Positions 47,779-56,411 of a DNA stretch of 64,000 nucleotides are shown here, piece by piece. Source of the stretch: Bryobacterales bacterium (GTDB taxonomy: Bacteria; Acidobacteriota; Terriglobia; Bryobacterales; UBA6623). Below the pieces are notes generated by a model. It saw nothing but the letters and a program-made list of their open reading frames with translations, was not told where the DNA came from and ran no database searches. The stretch spans positions 2,255,796 to 2,319,795 of the forward strand of contig CBDBKU010000002.1 of NCBI GenBank assembly GCA_965206775.1, given 5' to 3'. Within the stretch, counting starts at the first letter, position 1. Each line of letters starts with the position of its first letter. The translations under genes were made by a program, and so were the position numbers.

Positions 47779-48945
47779 TCAAGACACTTCGGCCCCTTCG
47801 TTGAGGATGGAGAGATACTGGTCGTAAACGAAAAGTCGGTTGCGGCTTCTTCCGGTGATCTCCCGCGCCACTTCGTGCGTGACCAGCAGTTCCATGGCCG
47901 AGGCGACTGTCGGAAAGGAGAGCCCGGTATCGAGACTTGCCGCCGGCAGCGATAAGATCGCTCGCTTCTTGAGCACGTTGTGTACGCGGAGCACCGACCC
48001 GACCCTCCGACCACCAGCAGCTTGGATGCCGTTTTGGTCCTGCCGAAACATTGTGGAGAGACGTTCGGCGGTGGAAACCGCACCCTCGGCTGTCTGCTTC
48101 ACTCCTTCAAGAAAGAAGACGAGCCATCTCTCCCAGTCTCCGGTGCGACGCACATGATTCAAGAGGTCGTAGTAATCACTGCGGTGTTGCTTGAAATACA
48201 GGCTCAGATACAGAAGCGGCTCGCGCAGCATCCCGGCGCGGCACAGCAGCAGAGTTATCAGCAGCCGACCAACGCGGCCGTTGCCGTCGAGGAAGGGGTG
48301 AATGGTCTCGAACTGCACGTGCGCGAGGCCCGCCCGCAACAGTACGGATAACCCGTCGTCCTCGGCATGGAGAAATCGCTCAAACTCCGTCATGCAGTCG
48401 GGTACGGCGGTGTGCGGTGGCGGCACGAAGCCAGCATTACCCGGTCGGGTCCCGCCAATCCAGTTTTGCGAGCGGCGGAATTCACCGGGCGTTTTGGCCT
48501 GGCCCCGGCCACTCGACAACAGCACGCCGTGGGTTTCGCGGATTAGGCGATTCGACAGGGGAAAACCATCCCGCAGGCGGCGCAAGCCGTGTTCAATCGC
48601 CGCCACGTAGTTCGAGACTTCGTGCGCGTCGTTTAGCGGCACCCTGGGCGCTCTCTCGACTTCGAATCGTAGTAGGTCCGACAGCGACGACTGCGTGCCC
48701 TCGATCTGAGACGAAAGCACCGCTTCCTTGCGTAGGTACGTATACAGAAAAAAGGCCTCGTTCGGAAGGAGAGTCGAGATGCCGTCGAGGCGGCCCAGGG
48801 CCAGCACCGCCGACTCCAGCAACTGTTGCAGGCCGCCAGCCAGAACTAGGGGCGGTTGCGGCGGCAGCGGCAGCGGTACAAAGGCTCGAACCGACTCAGA
48901 GCCGACGCTCGTCACGTCATAGTCCCCGATTTCTCCGCGTTGCAT
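47779..48945 (-). CDS. Fic family protein (Fic_N + Fic + C-terminal wHTH-like)
   Basis: 388-aa ORF. It has EAVLSSQIEGTQSSLSDLL (Fic_N) and IHPFLDGNGRVGRLLITLLL (Fic motif). Confidence 0.85.
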   Translation of the reverse strand: MQRGEIGDYDVTSVGSESVRAFVPLPLPPQPPLVLAGGLQQLLESAVLALGRLDGISTLLPNEAFFLYTYLRKEAVLSSQIEGTQSSLSDLLRFEVERAPRVPLNDAHEVSNYVAAIEHGLRRLRDGFPLSNRLIRETHGVLLSSGRGQAKTPGEFRRSQNWIGGTRPGNAGFVPPPHTAVPDCMTEFERFLHAEDDGLSVLLRAGLAHVQFETIHPFLDGNGRVGRLLITLLLCRAGMLREPLLYLSLYFKQHRSDYYDLLNHVRRTGDWERWLVFFLEGVKQTAEGAVSTAERLSTMFRQDQNGIQAAGGRRVGSVLRVHNVLKKRAILSLPAASLDTGLSFPTVASAMELLVTHEVAREITGRSRNRLFVYDQYLSILNEGAEVS

Positions 48946-49269
48946 GATAGACAGTTCTTATTCAAATTTTCGCAGCATGCTAGCAAGCTATTTAAATATT
49001 CGCTTCAAATTATAATAACTATGGCGTTGGCATCAGTGCAATCGCTTCAGCTTGAGCTTTTGGGGTTTCGAGCACCTACTCGGCGAGCGTGGCGTGAACG
49101 TTTCCTGTGACGTGATCCGACTTTGGTTCGCAATCGAGGCTCGTATACGCCAGGATTCTGCGCTAGCTAGTGCATGCCTGAAAACCCTCGTATTGGAGAG
49201 GCGCCCATTTTCGGTAGCGTGATTGGGGGTCTTTGTTCGGACTGAGGCTGCTTCTCGCGATGAGGCGAG

Positions 49270-49760
49270 TGGTGCCGGGGACCGGCTCGTCGACTCTGGC
49301 CGTCAATCGCAAGTTCCGGGATCCCTTGACGGGGCGCAAGAACTCGGTCCACCTGCAGCCAGTGCTTTGGGAGGAGTGCATCAACTGGCTTGGCACTCCC
49401 GACCTCGACCGGCGTCTGTTGCACGGCGGCCTGCCTGAGGCCCTGCTGGCAGAGAGACCGTCCTCCGACTTCTTCAATGAGTGGATCGAGAGCTTCTATG
49501 CGCGGGACATCCAGGAGCTGTTCCATGTCCGCAACCGCCGCGGCTTCCAAGCACTGTTCCGCCTGCTCTTGCGGCAGATCGGGGGCCAGCTCGAGCTGAA
49601 CCGGTTGGCGACGCTCTGCGAGTTGAGTCGGCCAACCGTCAGTTTGCATGTCGAGGCCATGGCGATCGCGCATGCGCTCCACCTGCTCCGGCCGTTTCAC
49701 GGCGGCGGGAAGAGAGAGATCGTGGCGCGACCCAAGAGCTACTGGTTCGATACCGGATTC
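49270..49760 (+). pseudogene. Internal fragment of the DUF4143-type ATPase gene (third copy)
   Basis: GTGSSTLAVNRKFRDPLTGRKNSVHLQPVLWEECINWLGTPDLDRRLLHGGLPEALLAE...RPKSYWFDTGFAC is collinear with 23900-24390. It lacks both the Walker A region and the 3' end. Confidence 0.65.
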
Positions 49761-50061
49761 GCCTGTGGTTGGCGACAACTACTCTGGCCGGTCGCGACTA
49801 CTAGAATGGCCGCCCCTGCCTCGGGGTTGACGGTGATGGGAGGGGGGCTGGCTCGCCATAGACAGTTGTCGCGCCGAGCAGGCTAATGAGAATCCAGCCT
49901 ACCGCGCAGAATTGGTGCATTCTTCTCCTCATTCATTATCCGGCCGCAGTTTCACTCCGAACTGTATTGCTCGAGCGCTCCCATCCACCCTCGGTAAGCC
50001 GAACCTGCGGCGGCGGCTCCAAGCGCAGCGAGCCCGGTTGCTCGGACGAAATCCCGACGAT

Positions 50062-51228
50062 TCATCTGACTTGGGTCTCGGCCAGCTTTCGAATTCGCGG
50101 GTCTGTCACCTTCAGGACACCGAGGCTGTTGTCGTTCTGTGCGGTGACGTAGATGTAGCCGTCGCGGTAGACAAGATCATGGCCGTTGTCATAGTGCGGC
50201 GTTCCGCTGACATGTTGGTCGTAGCGGCGGGTGGGGAACAGCCGCCCACCGCGGTACTGCGCAACGGAAACCGGTCGCGAAGGGTCGGTGACGTCAATTG
50301 CCTCCACGCACTCGCCGCCGCTGACGAGCAGCATGGAGCCGTAAATGGCCATGCCTGTCGCGTCGATGTCGCAGACCGGCATGTTGGCTAGCTGCCGTGG
50401 CCGCGTGGGATTGGAGACGTCGATGATGCCGACACGGTCCGGCTCGAATGCGCCGACGCCAGCATACCGGCCGCCCCACGTCACTACCCGATTGGCCCCT
50501 TGCAGGTCGCCCTCGTTGTCACCGTTGGAGACCCTGCCCACAATGGTCCACTTCGCGGCTGGCAGCGGCTTGCTTGCGCCCGATTCGGCGATTCGGTATA
50601 TGAAGACGCTGGACGGCCTGTGCTGCAGGGTGTCGACGATGATGGCGTGGTTGCCCCAGACCGCGATATCGTGCGGCTGCTTCGGGCCGCCGGTTTCGGC
50701 CGAATGGAGGGCCTCGACGTACTTCGGGTCCTTCGGATTGCTGATGTCGAACACACCGATGTAGCCGGACTTGTTCGCCGTCAAGAGATGGTTGTTGAAG
50801 CGCACCATGCCGTTGATGCGATCAATCCGTGGTCGGTCCGAGATCTTCTTGAGCACCCTCGGATTTGCAGGGTCGCTAATGTCGATGGACAGCAGGTCGG
50901 ACGTCCCGAGGAGCAGCACATCGCCCATCGGCAGGACCGTTTCAGCCTCCTCGTATTCGACGGAATCGACCAGGGAAGAAATCAGCCTGGGAGCGGTGGG
51001 ATCGCTGATGTCGATGATCGCCAGCGATCCACCCTTGCCGGGAACGAACGCGAGGTCGCCCTGCAACTCCACATCGTGCGCACGGTTCAGCGCACGGTCG
51101 TCGCGGAGCAACCCCACCAGTTCGAGCGCCCCCGGTGGCCGGACCACCTCAGTGGAGGCGGACGGCTGGCCGAAGATAAGTGTCGTAGGGAGCAGGCTGA
51201 CGAGAACGAGAAAGGCGCGACAATTCAT
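50062..51228 (-). CDS. LVIVD-repeat beta-propeller protein, secreted
   Basis: 388-aa ORF with signal MNCRAFLVLVSLLPTTLIFGQ. It has repeated LAIIDISDPTAPRLI, LLSIDISDPANPRVL, IGVFDISNPKDPKYV, VGIIDVSNPTRPRQL and VEAIDVTDPSRPVSV units. Confidence 0.75.
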   Translation of the reverse strand: MNCRAFLVLVSLLPTTLIFGQPSASTEVVRPPGALELVGLLRDDRALNRAHDVELQGDLAFVPGKGGSLAIIDISDPTAPRLISSLVDSVEYEEAETVLPMGDVLLLGTSDLLSIDISDPANPRVLKKISDRPRIDRINGMVRFNNHLLTANKSGYIGVFDISNPKDPKYVEALHSAETGGPKQPHDIAVWGNHAIIVDTLQHRPSSVFIYRIAESGASKPLPAAKWTIVGRVSNGDNEGDLQGANRVVTWGGRYAGVGAFEPDRVGIIDVSNPTRPRQLANMPVCDIDATGMAIYGSMLLVSGGECVEAIDVTDPSRPVSVAQYRGGRLFPTRRYDQHVSGTPHYDNGHDLVYRDGYIYVTAQNDNSLGVLKVTDPRIRKLAETQVR

Positions 51229-51229
51229 C

Positions 51230-52774
51230 CTACAGCCTGCGGCCTTGCGGCAGGTAACGCTGCGCGAGAAAACGGGGGTTGCCTGGATCGGTCGCGTTCT
51301 CCCCGAATGGGTCGCGGAAGCGGTTCATCAATTCGTACAGGCGGGCCCTCATGTCTCCGACTTCGGCTGACGTCGACTTTTCATAGGCGATATTGCGCAG
51401 CTCGTACGGATCTGCCAGCAGGTCGTAGCACTCGTCGTAGTCGTAGCCGTTGAAAACGTATTTGTATTGGCCGGTGATGACCATGCGGTGGATGAGCGGG
51501 AAGTTTTGCCCATACCACGGCGCGAAGATCATGTCGCGCCATTCCTCGCGATTGGGATTCTCGAACAGCGGTGCCAGTGAGACTCCATGGCGGTGGGGCA
51601 GCGGGTCGAGACCAAGAACGTCGACGAAGGTGTGCCCAAGGTCATGAAGCTGCACAAGACTGTCGCATTCCGCGCCGGGTGGGGTGTGGCCCGGCCAGCG
51701 CACGACCATCGGGATGCGATAGAGCTCCTCGTAAGGCGCGAAGTTAGGGGTCCACATGTGGTGAGATCCGTAAGGAGCGCCGTGATCGGCGGTGAAGATG
51801 ACCAGCGTGTTGTGGGCTTCGCCGCTCTCGTCCAAGGTGTCGAGCACACGTCCGACCTGAGCGTCTAATTGCTCGAATGAGGCGTAGTAGTGGGCGCGGC
51901 CCTGCTGGTAGTCTGCCTCGGACATGTCCCCGTACGTCTCCGCGTCGCGTTTTTGCAGACCGGGCTTGCCGTCGAAGGTGTCGTGAAAGTTGGGCGACAC
52001 CGCAATGTCGCGGGGATCGTACCGCTCAAGGTAGCTGCGCAAGGGCCAGCCCCGGGACCTTTCCGGGAAATGGACCTCGATCATCCAGGGGCTGGAACTA
52101 GGGCTGAGTCGCCGGATCATGTCGGAGCCCGCATCGGCAGTCTCGGCCCACAGGGTTTCCTCCTCCTCGCACTCGGTATATCCCCATAATCCGAAGGGCT
52201 CGCTGCCCGGCCAGGAGATCGTCTTGACAGGCACGCGGACCTCAGCCTCGCCGGGTCTCTTCAGTCCGAGCTTGTCGGGTAGATTGGCAAGGTCGCGGCG
52301 ATAGCGATCGGGAGCGCCGATCTCGTGGTAGCCAAAATCAAGCGGCGAGCGCTTGGTCGAGGTGTGCCACTTACCGTTATAACCCAGCCGATAACCTGCC
52401 GCGCTCAAGCGCTGCGCGTAGGTAACGATATCGGGAAACGGGTCAGTGGAGATCGCCGAGGAATTATCCGGCTGATTGTAGGTGCCGAAGCCCCAATTGA
52501 AAGCGCCCGTGAGCAAGGCGTTGCGCGCAGGGCTGCAGACGGCGGCGGTCGTGTAAGAACGGTTGAACAGCAGCCCTTCCGAAGCCAGCCGATTGATATT
52601 GGGGGTTCGGCACTCCGAGCGATTCGCAATGGTCCCCCACTGCATGTTGTCACCGACAATCAGAAGGATGTTGGGTCGCTTGCCGGGATCATCAGGTCGG
52701 GGCTTCGCCGCGGAAGTTGCGACCGACGCGAGACCCGTTGTCTGGAGAAAACGCCTGCGATTGAACCTTGCCAT
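51230..52774 (-). CDS. Sulfatase (formylglycine-dependent), Tat-signal
   Basis: MARFNRRRFLQTTGLASVATSAA comes first, then PNILLIVGDNMQW and the CxPxR motif in TTAAVCSPARNALLTGAF. It also has VIFTADHGAPYG. Only 1 nt separates it from the LVIVD gene. Confidence 0.9.
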   Translation of the reverse strand: MARFNRRRFLQTTGLASVATSAAKPRPDDPGKRPNILLIVGDNMQWGTIANRSECRTPNINRLASEGLLFNRSYTTAAVCSPARNALLTGAFNWGFGTYNQPDNSSAISTDPFPDIVTYAQRLSAAGYRLGYNGKWHTSTKRSPLDFGYHEIGAPDRYRRDLANLPDKLGLKRPGEAEVRVPVKTISWPGSEPFGLWGYTECEEEETLWAETADAGSDMIRRLSPSSSPWMIEVHFPERSRGWPLRSYLERYDPRDIAVSPNFHDTFDGKPGLQKRDAETYGDMSEADYQQGRAHYYASFEQLDAQVGRVLDTLDESGEAHNTLVIFTADHGAPYGSHHMWTPNFAPYEELYRIPMVVRWPGHTPPGAECDSLVQLHDLGHTFVDVLGLDPLPHRHGVSLAPLFENPNREEWRDMIFAPWYGQNFPLIHRMVITGQYKYVFNGYDYDECYDLLADPYELRNIAYEKSTSAEVGDMRARLYELMNRFRDPFGENATDPGNPRFLAQRYLPQGRRL

Positions 52775-52782
52775 GTAGGACC

Positions 52783-55700
52783 TCAGAACAAGAACTTGAG
52801 TGCGAACTGAATTACCCTTGCTTGTCCCGCGCGGGTGATCCTCCCCATGCGACTTCCAGCATTGATTGCCGCGTTCGGGTTGCCCAGGTTGACGTTGTTG
52901 AGGGCGTTGAAGAATTCGCTGCGGAGCTGCAGCCTCATCCCCTCCCGGCCTGGAACCATGAAGGTTTTGAACAGGCCGAAATTCGCACCGAACGCACCCG
53001 GACCGATTAGAGCATTGCGACCGACATCACCAAAGGTCCCCTTCGTTGGGTGGGCGAAGGCCGAACGATCGAACCACGCCAGGATCTTATCGCCGCGCGA
53101 GCGGCCGTCAGAAAGACTGTGGTCGCCGATCACGTTGGGCCTCTGGTTGCGTGTGCCGATCAAGGCGTTGTCTATACCGGTAATCGTATCGAACGGGTTG
53201 CCCGTGTGGGCCGTGATCAGGCCGTTGAACTGCCAGCCGCCGACTATAGTCCGGAGTGCGGCAGACTGGTCGGACAGTCGCGGCAGTTCCCAGATCCACG
53301 ACGCCGAGTAGGTGTGTTTGGCGAAGAACTCGGAGAGGCCGAACTGTGAGCGGATGTTAAACGGGTTCGGCGGCGATCGGTTGATGCTGGTGGTGATGCC
53401 CGAATCCATGTCGATCGAGCGGGCCCACGTGTAGGCCATCTGGAATGAGAAGCCCTTGCTGAAGCGCTTGTTGACCTCGACCTGCAGCGCGTTGTAGCTA
53501 GAGTTGGCCTGAGCGGAAATCTCCCGGTTGTTACCGAAGCCTTGGTGAATTCGCCTGGCGTTGATATTGCGCAGTGTTGCCCCCTCCTGATAAGGGGCCG
53601 GGTTGCCCGCTACCACCAGAAAGCCCTTGCGAGACAGCCTGCCCACATAGCCGGCCTGAACCATGAGATCCGGGACAATCTCCCGTTGCACGCTCAAACC
53701 GAACTGCTGTACGTATGGTGAGCGCATCGTTGGTTCAAGGAATGAGAGCTGCTGGCGCCCGACGAATTCGGGGTCGACCGTGTTGATCGTGAGTGGGATT
53801 TCCGGTTGGCCGCGCAGCGGATCGGTGAGACTATGCGGGCGGTTAAAGGTAAACGTATACCGATAAGGCTGGCCATCGTTCTGGATCATGTCCGCATTGA
53901 GAGTCTCATAAAAGATCCCGTAGGAACCGCGCACCGAGGTGCGCCCGTTGCCGAACGGATCCCATGCAAAGCCGAAGCGAGGAGCGAAGTCGTTCTTGTC
54001 CATCGGCACGGTGCCCCGCGGAATGCCGTTGTCGCCGGGAAAGACGATGCCTTCCGGTGCGTTGGGAATGACCTGCGATTGCTGCCCAGGGCGGAAGGTT
54101 TGCCACCAATCGTTCTCGTGGAACCAGGGAACACGCCCCTCGTATCGCAGCCCGAGGTTCAGCGTCAGGCGCGGGTGGACGCGCCAGTCGTCCTGGATGA
54201 AGAAGTAGTGGGCGTACTGGATACCACCCTGTTCGGATATTGGAGTGCGCAAGTCCATGCGGGCAGGCCGCCCGAGCAGGAAGTCGGCGGCCGGGTCGCC
54301 ACTGAGTTGGCCCGTGAGCCGAAACGAACCGTTCGCCCTGGAGCTTGCTCGGTTGAGATACCTCATGCGCATGAATTCATAACCAGCCTTGACGCTGTGG
54401 TCTCCACTGATCCAGTTAACACTGTCGGCGATCTGCAACGACTCGTTTACCAGCGGCTCGACCGGCCCGCCGTCGTTCCCCAGCGTGACCCGGCCGGAGA
54501 TTCGGAAGGAGGGTGGATACTTCGGCCCGTAGACCGGCATAATGCCGCCGAGATCGGTGAGGTGAACCTTGTTCTCGGTCGAAGCGGTTTGGAATTTGCG
54601 GTAGACGCTGATGCGAAACATATTCAGCAGGTTCGGCCGTATCGTGTACGTGTCGCCCACCGTGGCCGAGTGCATGTCCACATTCGTGTCGCGGGAGTAG
54701 TAGGTGGGAATCTGGCCCCGACCCTCCGTGGAAAAAGCAGAGTTGAAGTTGTAGCGCACGTGCGTGGTGTGGTTGCCGCTGTGATGGTCGACTCGCGCCA
54801 GGAGCTGATCGCTGTCAACCGGCGTCGGGAAAGTCTCTAGATACCGGCCATTCGGGGCGTTGGGCAACGGCATTAGGCCCCTGCTCAAGACGTTGTCCGC
54901 TACCGTGTCGAAGCGGCTGGCAGGAATCTGGTTATTCGGGATGACGTCCCCTGTATCGGGATCCACGATTGATTTTCCGAGGTGCGAGAAATCGCCCCTG
55001 TGCTCGGCCTCGGTGAGAGTGAAAGCGCTCGCGGATAGCGCGTCCGGCCGGATTCTCAGTCCCTCGTAGGAGCCGAAGAAGAACAGTCGGTCCCGGATGA
55101 TCGGACCTCCAACGGCCGCACCGAACTGGTTCTGAATCAGCTTCGGGATATCGGACCCGGCAAAGAAGTTGCGGGCATTGAGTTTGTGGTTGCGAAGAAA
55201 CTCCCACAGGGAGCCATGGTAGTTGTTTGTCCCGGAACGAGTGACCATATTGAAGATCGCGCCGGCGTTGCGCCCATACTCAGCACTGAAGGCATTCGTC
55301 AGAACCTTAACTTCCTGTAGCGCGTCAGGCGGAGGATTGTACAGGCCCGTGTTTCGAAACAGCGCGTTGTTGTGCGCGCCGTCGAGCAGAAATAGGTTCT
55401 GATTGGTGCGAGCGCCCGATACCGAGAGGGTGGGGCCGCTGCGGTCACCGGTGAAAGTCTGCGGGGCTCTCACGTTGGAGACGCCGGGCAGCAGAACTGC
55501 CAAGTTCACGATGTTACGGCCGTTGATCGGAAGTTCAACAACCCGGCGGTCGTCGATTAGCGTGCCTACCTGGGACGAACGGCTGTCAACCTGCGGCCCT
55601 TCAGCCGTCACGGTAATCTCCTCGGTGACACTGCCGATTTCGAGTTTGGCGTCAACCCGCACGTTCTCACTCGCGGTCAGCGTGATATCGTCACGAACGA

Positions 55701-55974
55701 AGGACTTGAAGCCGTCTCCCTCCACGCGGACGCTGTAGCCGCCAATCGGCAGCAACGGCAGCACGAAGTCGCCCTGAACATTGGTTTCGGCAGTTCGGGA
55801 CAGGCCGCGCTCGACCAGAGTCGCTTCCACCGCGACGCCCGGTATCGCCGCTCCACTTGGATCGGAGACCGTGCCGTGAATCGTGCCGACTCCTTGAGCC
55901 GGCAGGGAAGACGCCGCGAGCAGAACGAAAGTTCCGCCCACGAGCCAACGAGCGAACATCTTGAAACCGTACAT
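52783..55974 (-). CDS. TonB-dependent receptor with CarboxypepD_reg-like N-terminal domain
   Basis: The ATG at 55974 follows AAGAGGA. MYGFKMFARWLVGGTFVLLAASSLPAQ is followed by GVGTIHGTVSDPSGAAIPGVAVEATLVERGLSRTAETNVQGDFVLPLLPIGGYSVRVEGDGF. The plug region is VVELPINGRNIVNLAVL. The C-terminus is VIQFALKFLF*. Confidence 0.9.
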   Translation of the reverse strand: MYGFKMFARWLVGGTFVLLAASSLPAQGVGTIHGTVSDPSGAAIPGVAVEATLVERGLSRTAETNVQGDFVLPLLPIGGYSVRVEGDGFKSFVRDDITLTASENVRVDAKLEIGSVTEEITVTAEGPQVDSRSSQVGTLIDDRRVVELPINGRNIVNLAVLLPGVSNVRAPQTFTGDRSGPTLSVSGARTNQNLFLLDGAHNNALFRNTGLYNPPPDALQEVKVLTNAFSAEYGRNAGAIFNMVTRSGTNNYHGSLWEFLRNHKLNARNFFAGSDIPKLIQNQFGAAVGGPIIRDRLFFFGSYEGLRIRPDALSASAFTLTEAEHRGDFSHLGKSIVDPDTGDVIPNNQIPASRFDTVADNVLSRGLMPLPNAPNGRYLETFPTPVDSDQLLARVDHHSGNHTTHVRYNFNSAFSTEGRGQIPTYYSRDTNVDMHSATVGDTYTIRPNLLNMFRISVYRKFQTASTENKVHLTDLGGIMPVYGPKYPPSFRISGRVTLGNDGGPVEPLVNESLQIADSVNWISGDHSVKAGYEFMRMRYLNRASSRANGSFRLTGQLSGDPAADFLLGRPARMDLRTPISEQGGIQYAHYFFIQDDWRVHPRLTLNLGLRYEGRVPWFHENDWWQTFRPGQQSQVIPNAPEGIVFPGDNGIPRGTVPMDKNDFAPRFGFAWDPFGNGRTSVRGSYGIFYETLNADMIQNDGQPYRYTFTFNRPHSLTDPLRGQPEIPLTINTVDPEFVGRQQLSFLEPTMRSPYVQQFGLSVQREIVPDLMVQAGYVGRLSRKGFLVVAGNPAPYQEGATLRNINARRIHQGFGNNREISAQANSSYNALQVEVNKRFSKGFSFQMAYTWARSIDMDSGITTSINRSPPNPFNIRSQFGLSEFFAKHTYSASWIWELPRLSDQSAALRTIVGGWQFNGLITAHTGNPFDTITGIDNALIGTRNQRPNVIGDHSLSDGRSRGDKILAWFDRSAFAHPTKGTFGDVGRNALIGPGAFGANFGLFKTFMVPGREGMRLQLRSEFFNALNNVNLGNPNAAINAGSRMGRITRAGQARVIQFALKFLF

Positions 55975-56411
55975 TTGGTTTAATCCTCTTGTATGACGCT
56001 GCGCGTGGAGAATTGCCATTTGCAGACTGAGGCTGTGTTCACTACCCCTCTGCTGATCGTCGATCTGGACGACCGGCTGGCAACACCACCAGGTTTCGGC
56101 ACCCATGCATCGTGCTCAATGCCGAACGCGGACCTTGGATCGGCGACGACCCTTCGGTACAGCACGACTTGACACAGCGTGACTTGATGACTCATATTTG
56201 TCAATCTTTTTCTGCCTTTATTTCGTGGGATCGTCGGGTTTTTGGACCGGATTATCTCGTTACGGAATGGGCGGGAAAGCAGAATAGTCTGGGATAGGCA
56301 AGCGTGCGATCGCTTGAGTGCACGTACTGGAAGCCTCGACAAATCCTGCACTTGTCCGCGAATGCGACTCGCTACGTCCATTCGCCGCTCTCTGCGGGAG
56401 CGAATCTACTT

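Noticed and set aside
50500-54840. Long + strand ORFs 50500-51453 (317 aa) and 53806-54840 (344 aa)
   Set aside because: They are antisense to the LVIVD/sulfatase genes and to the TBDR gene, all of which have strong family motifs. They show shadow composition.
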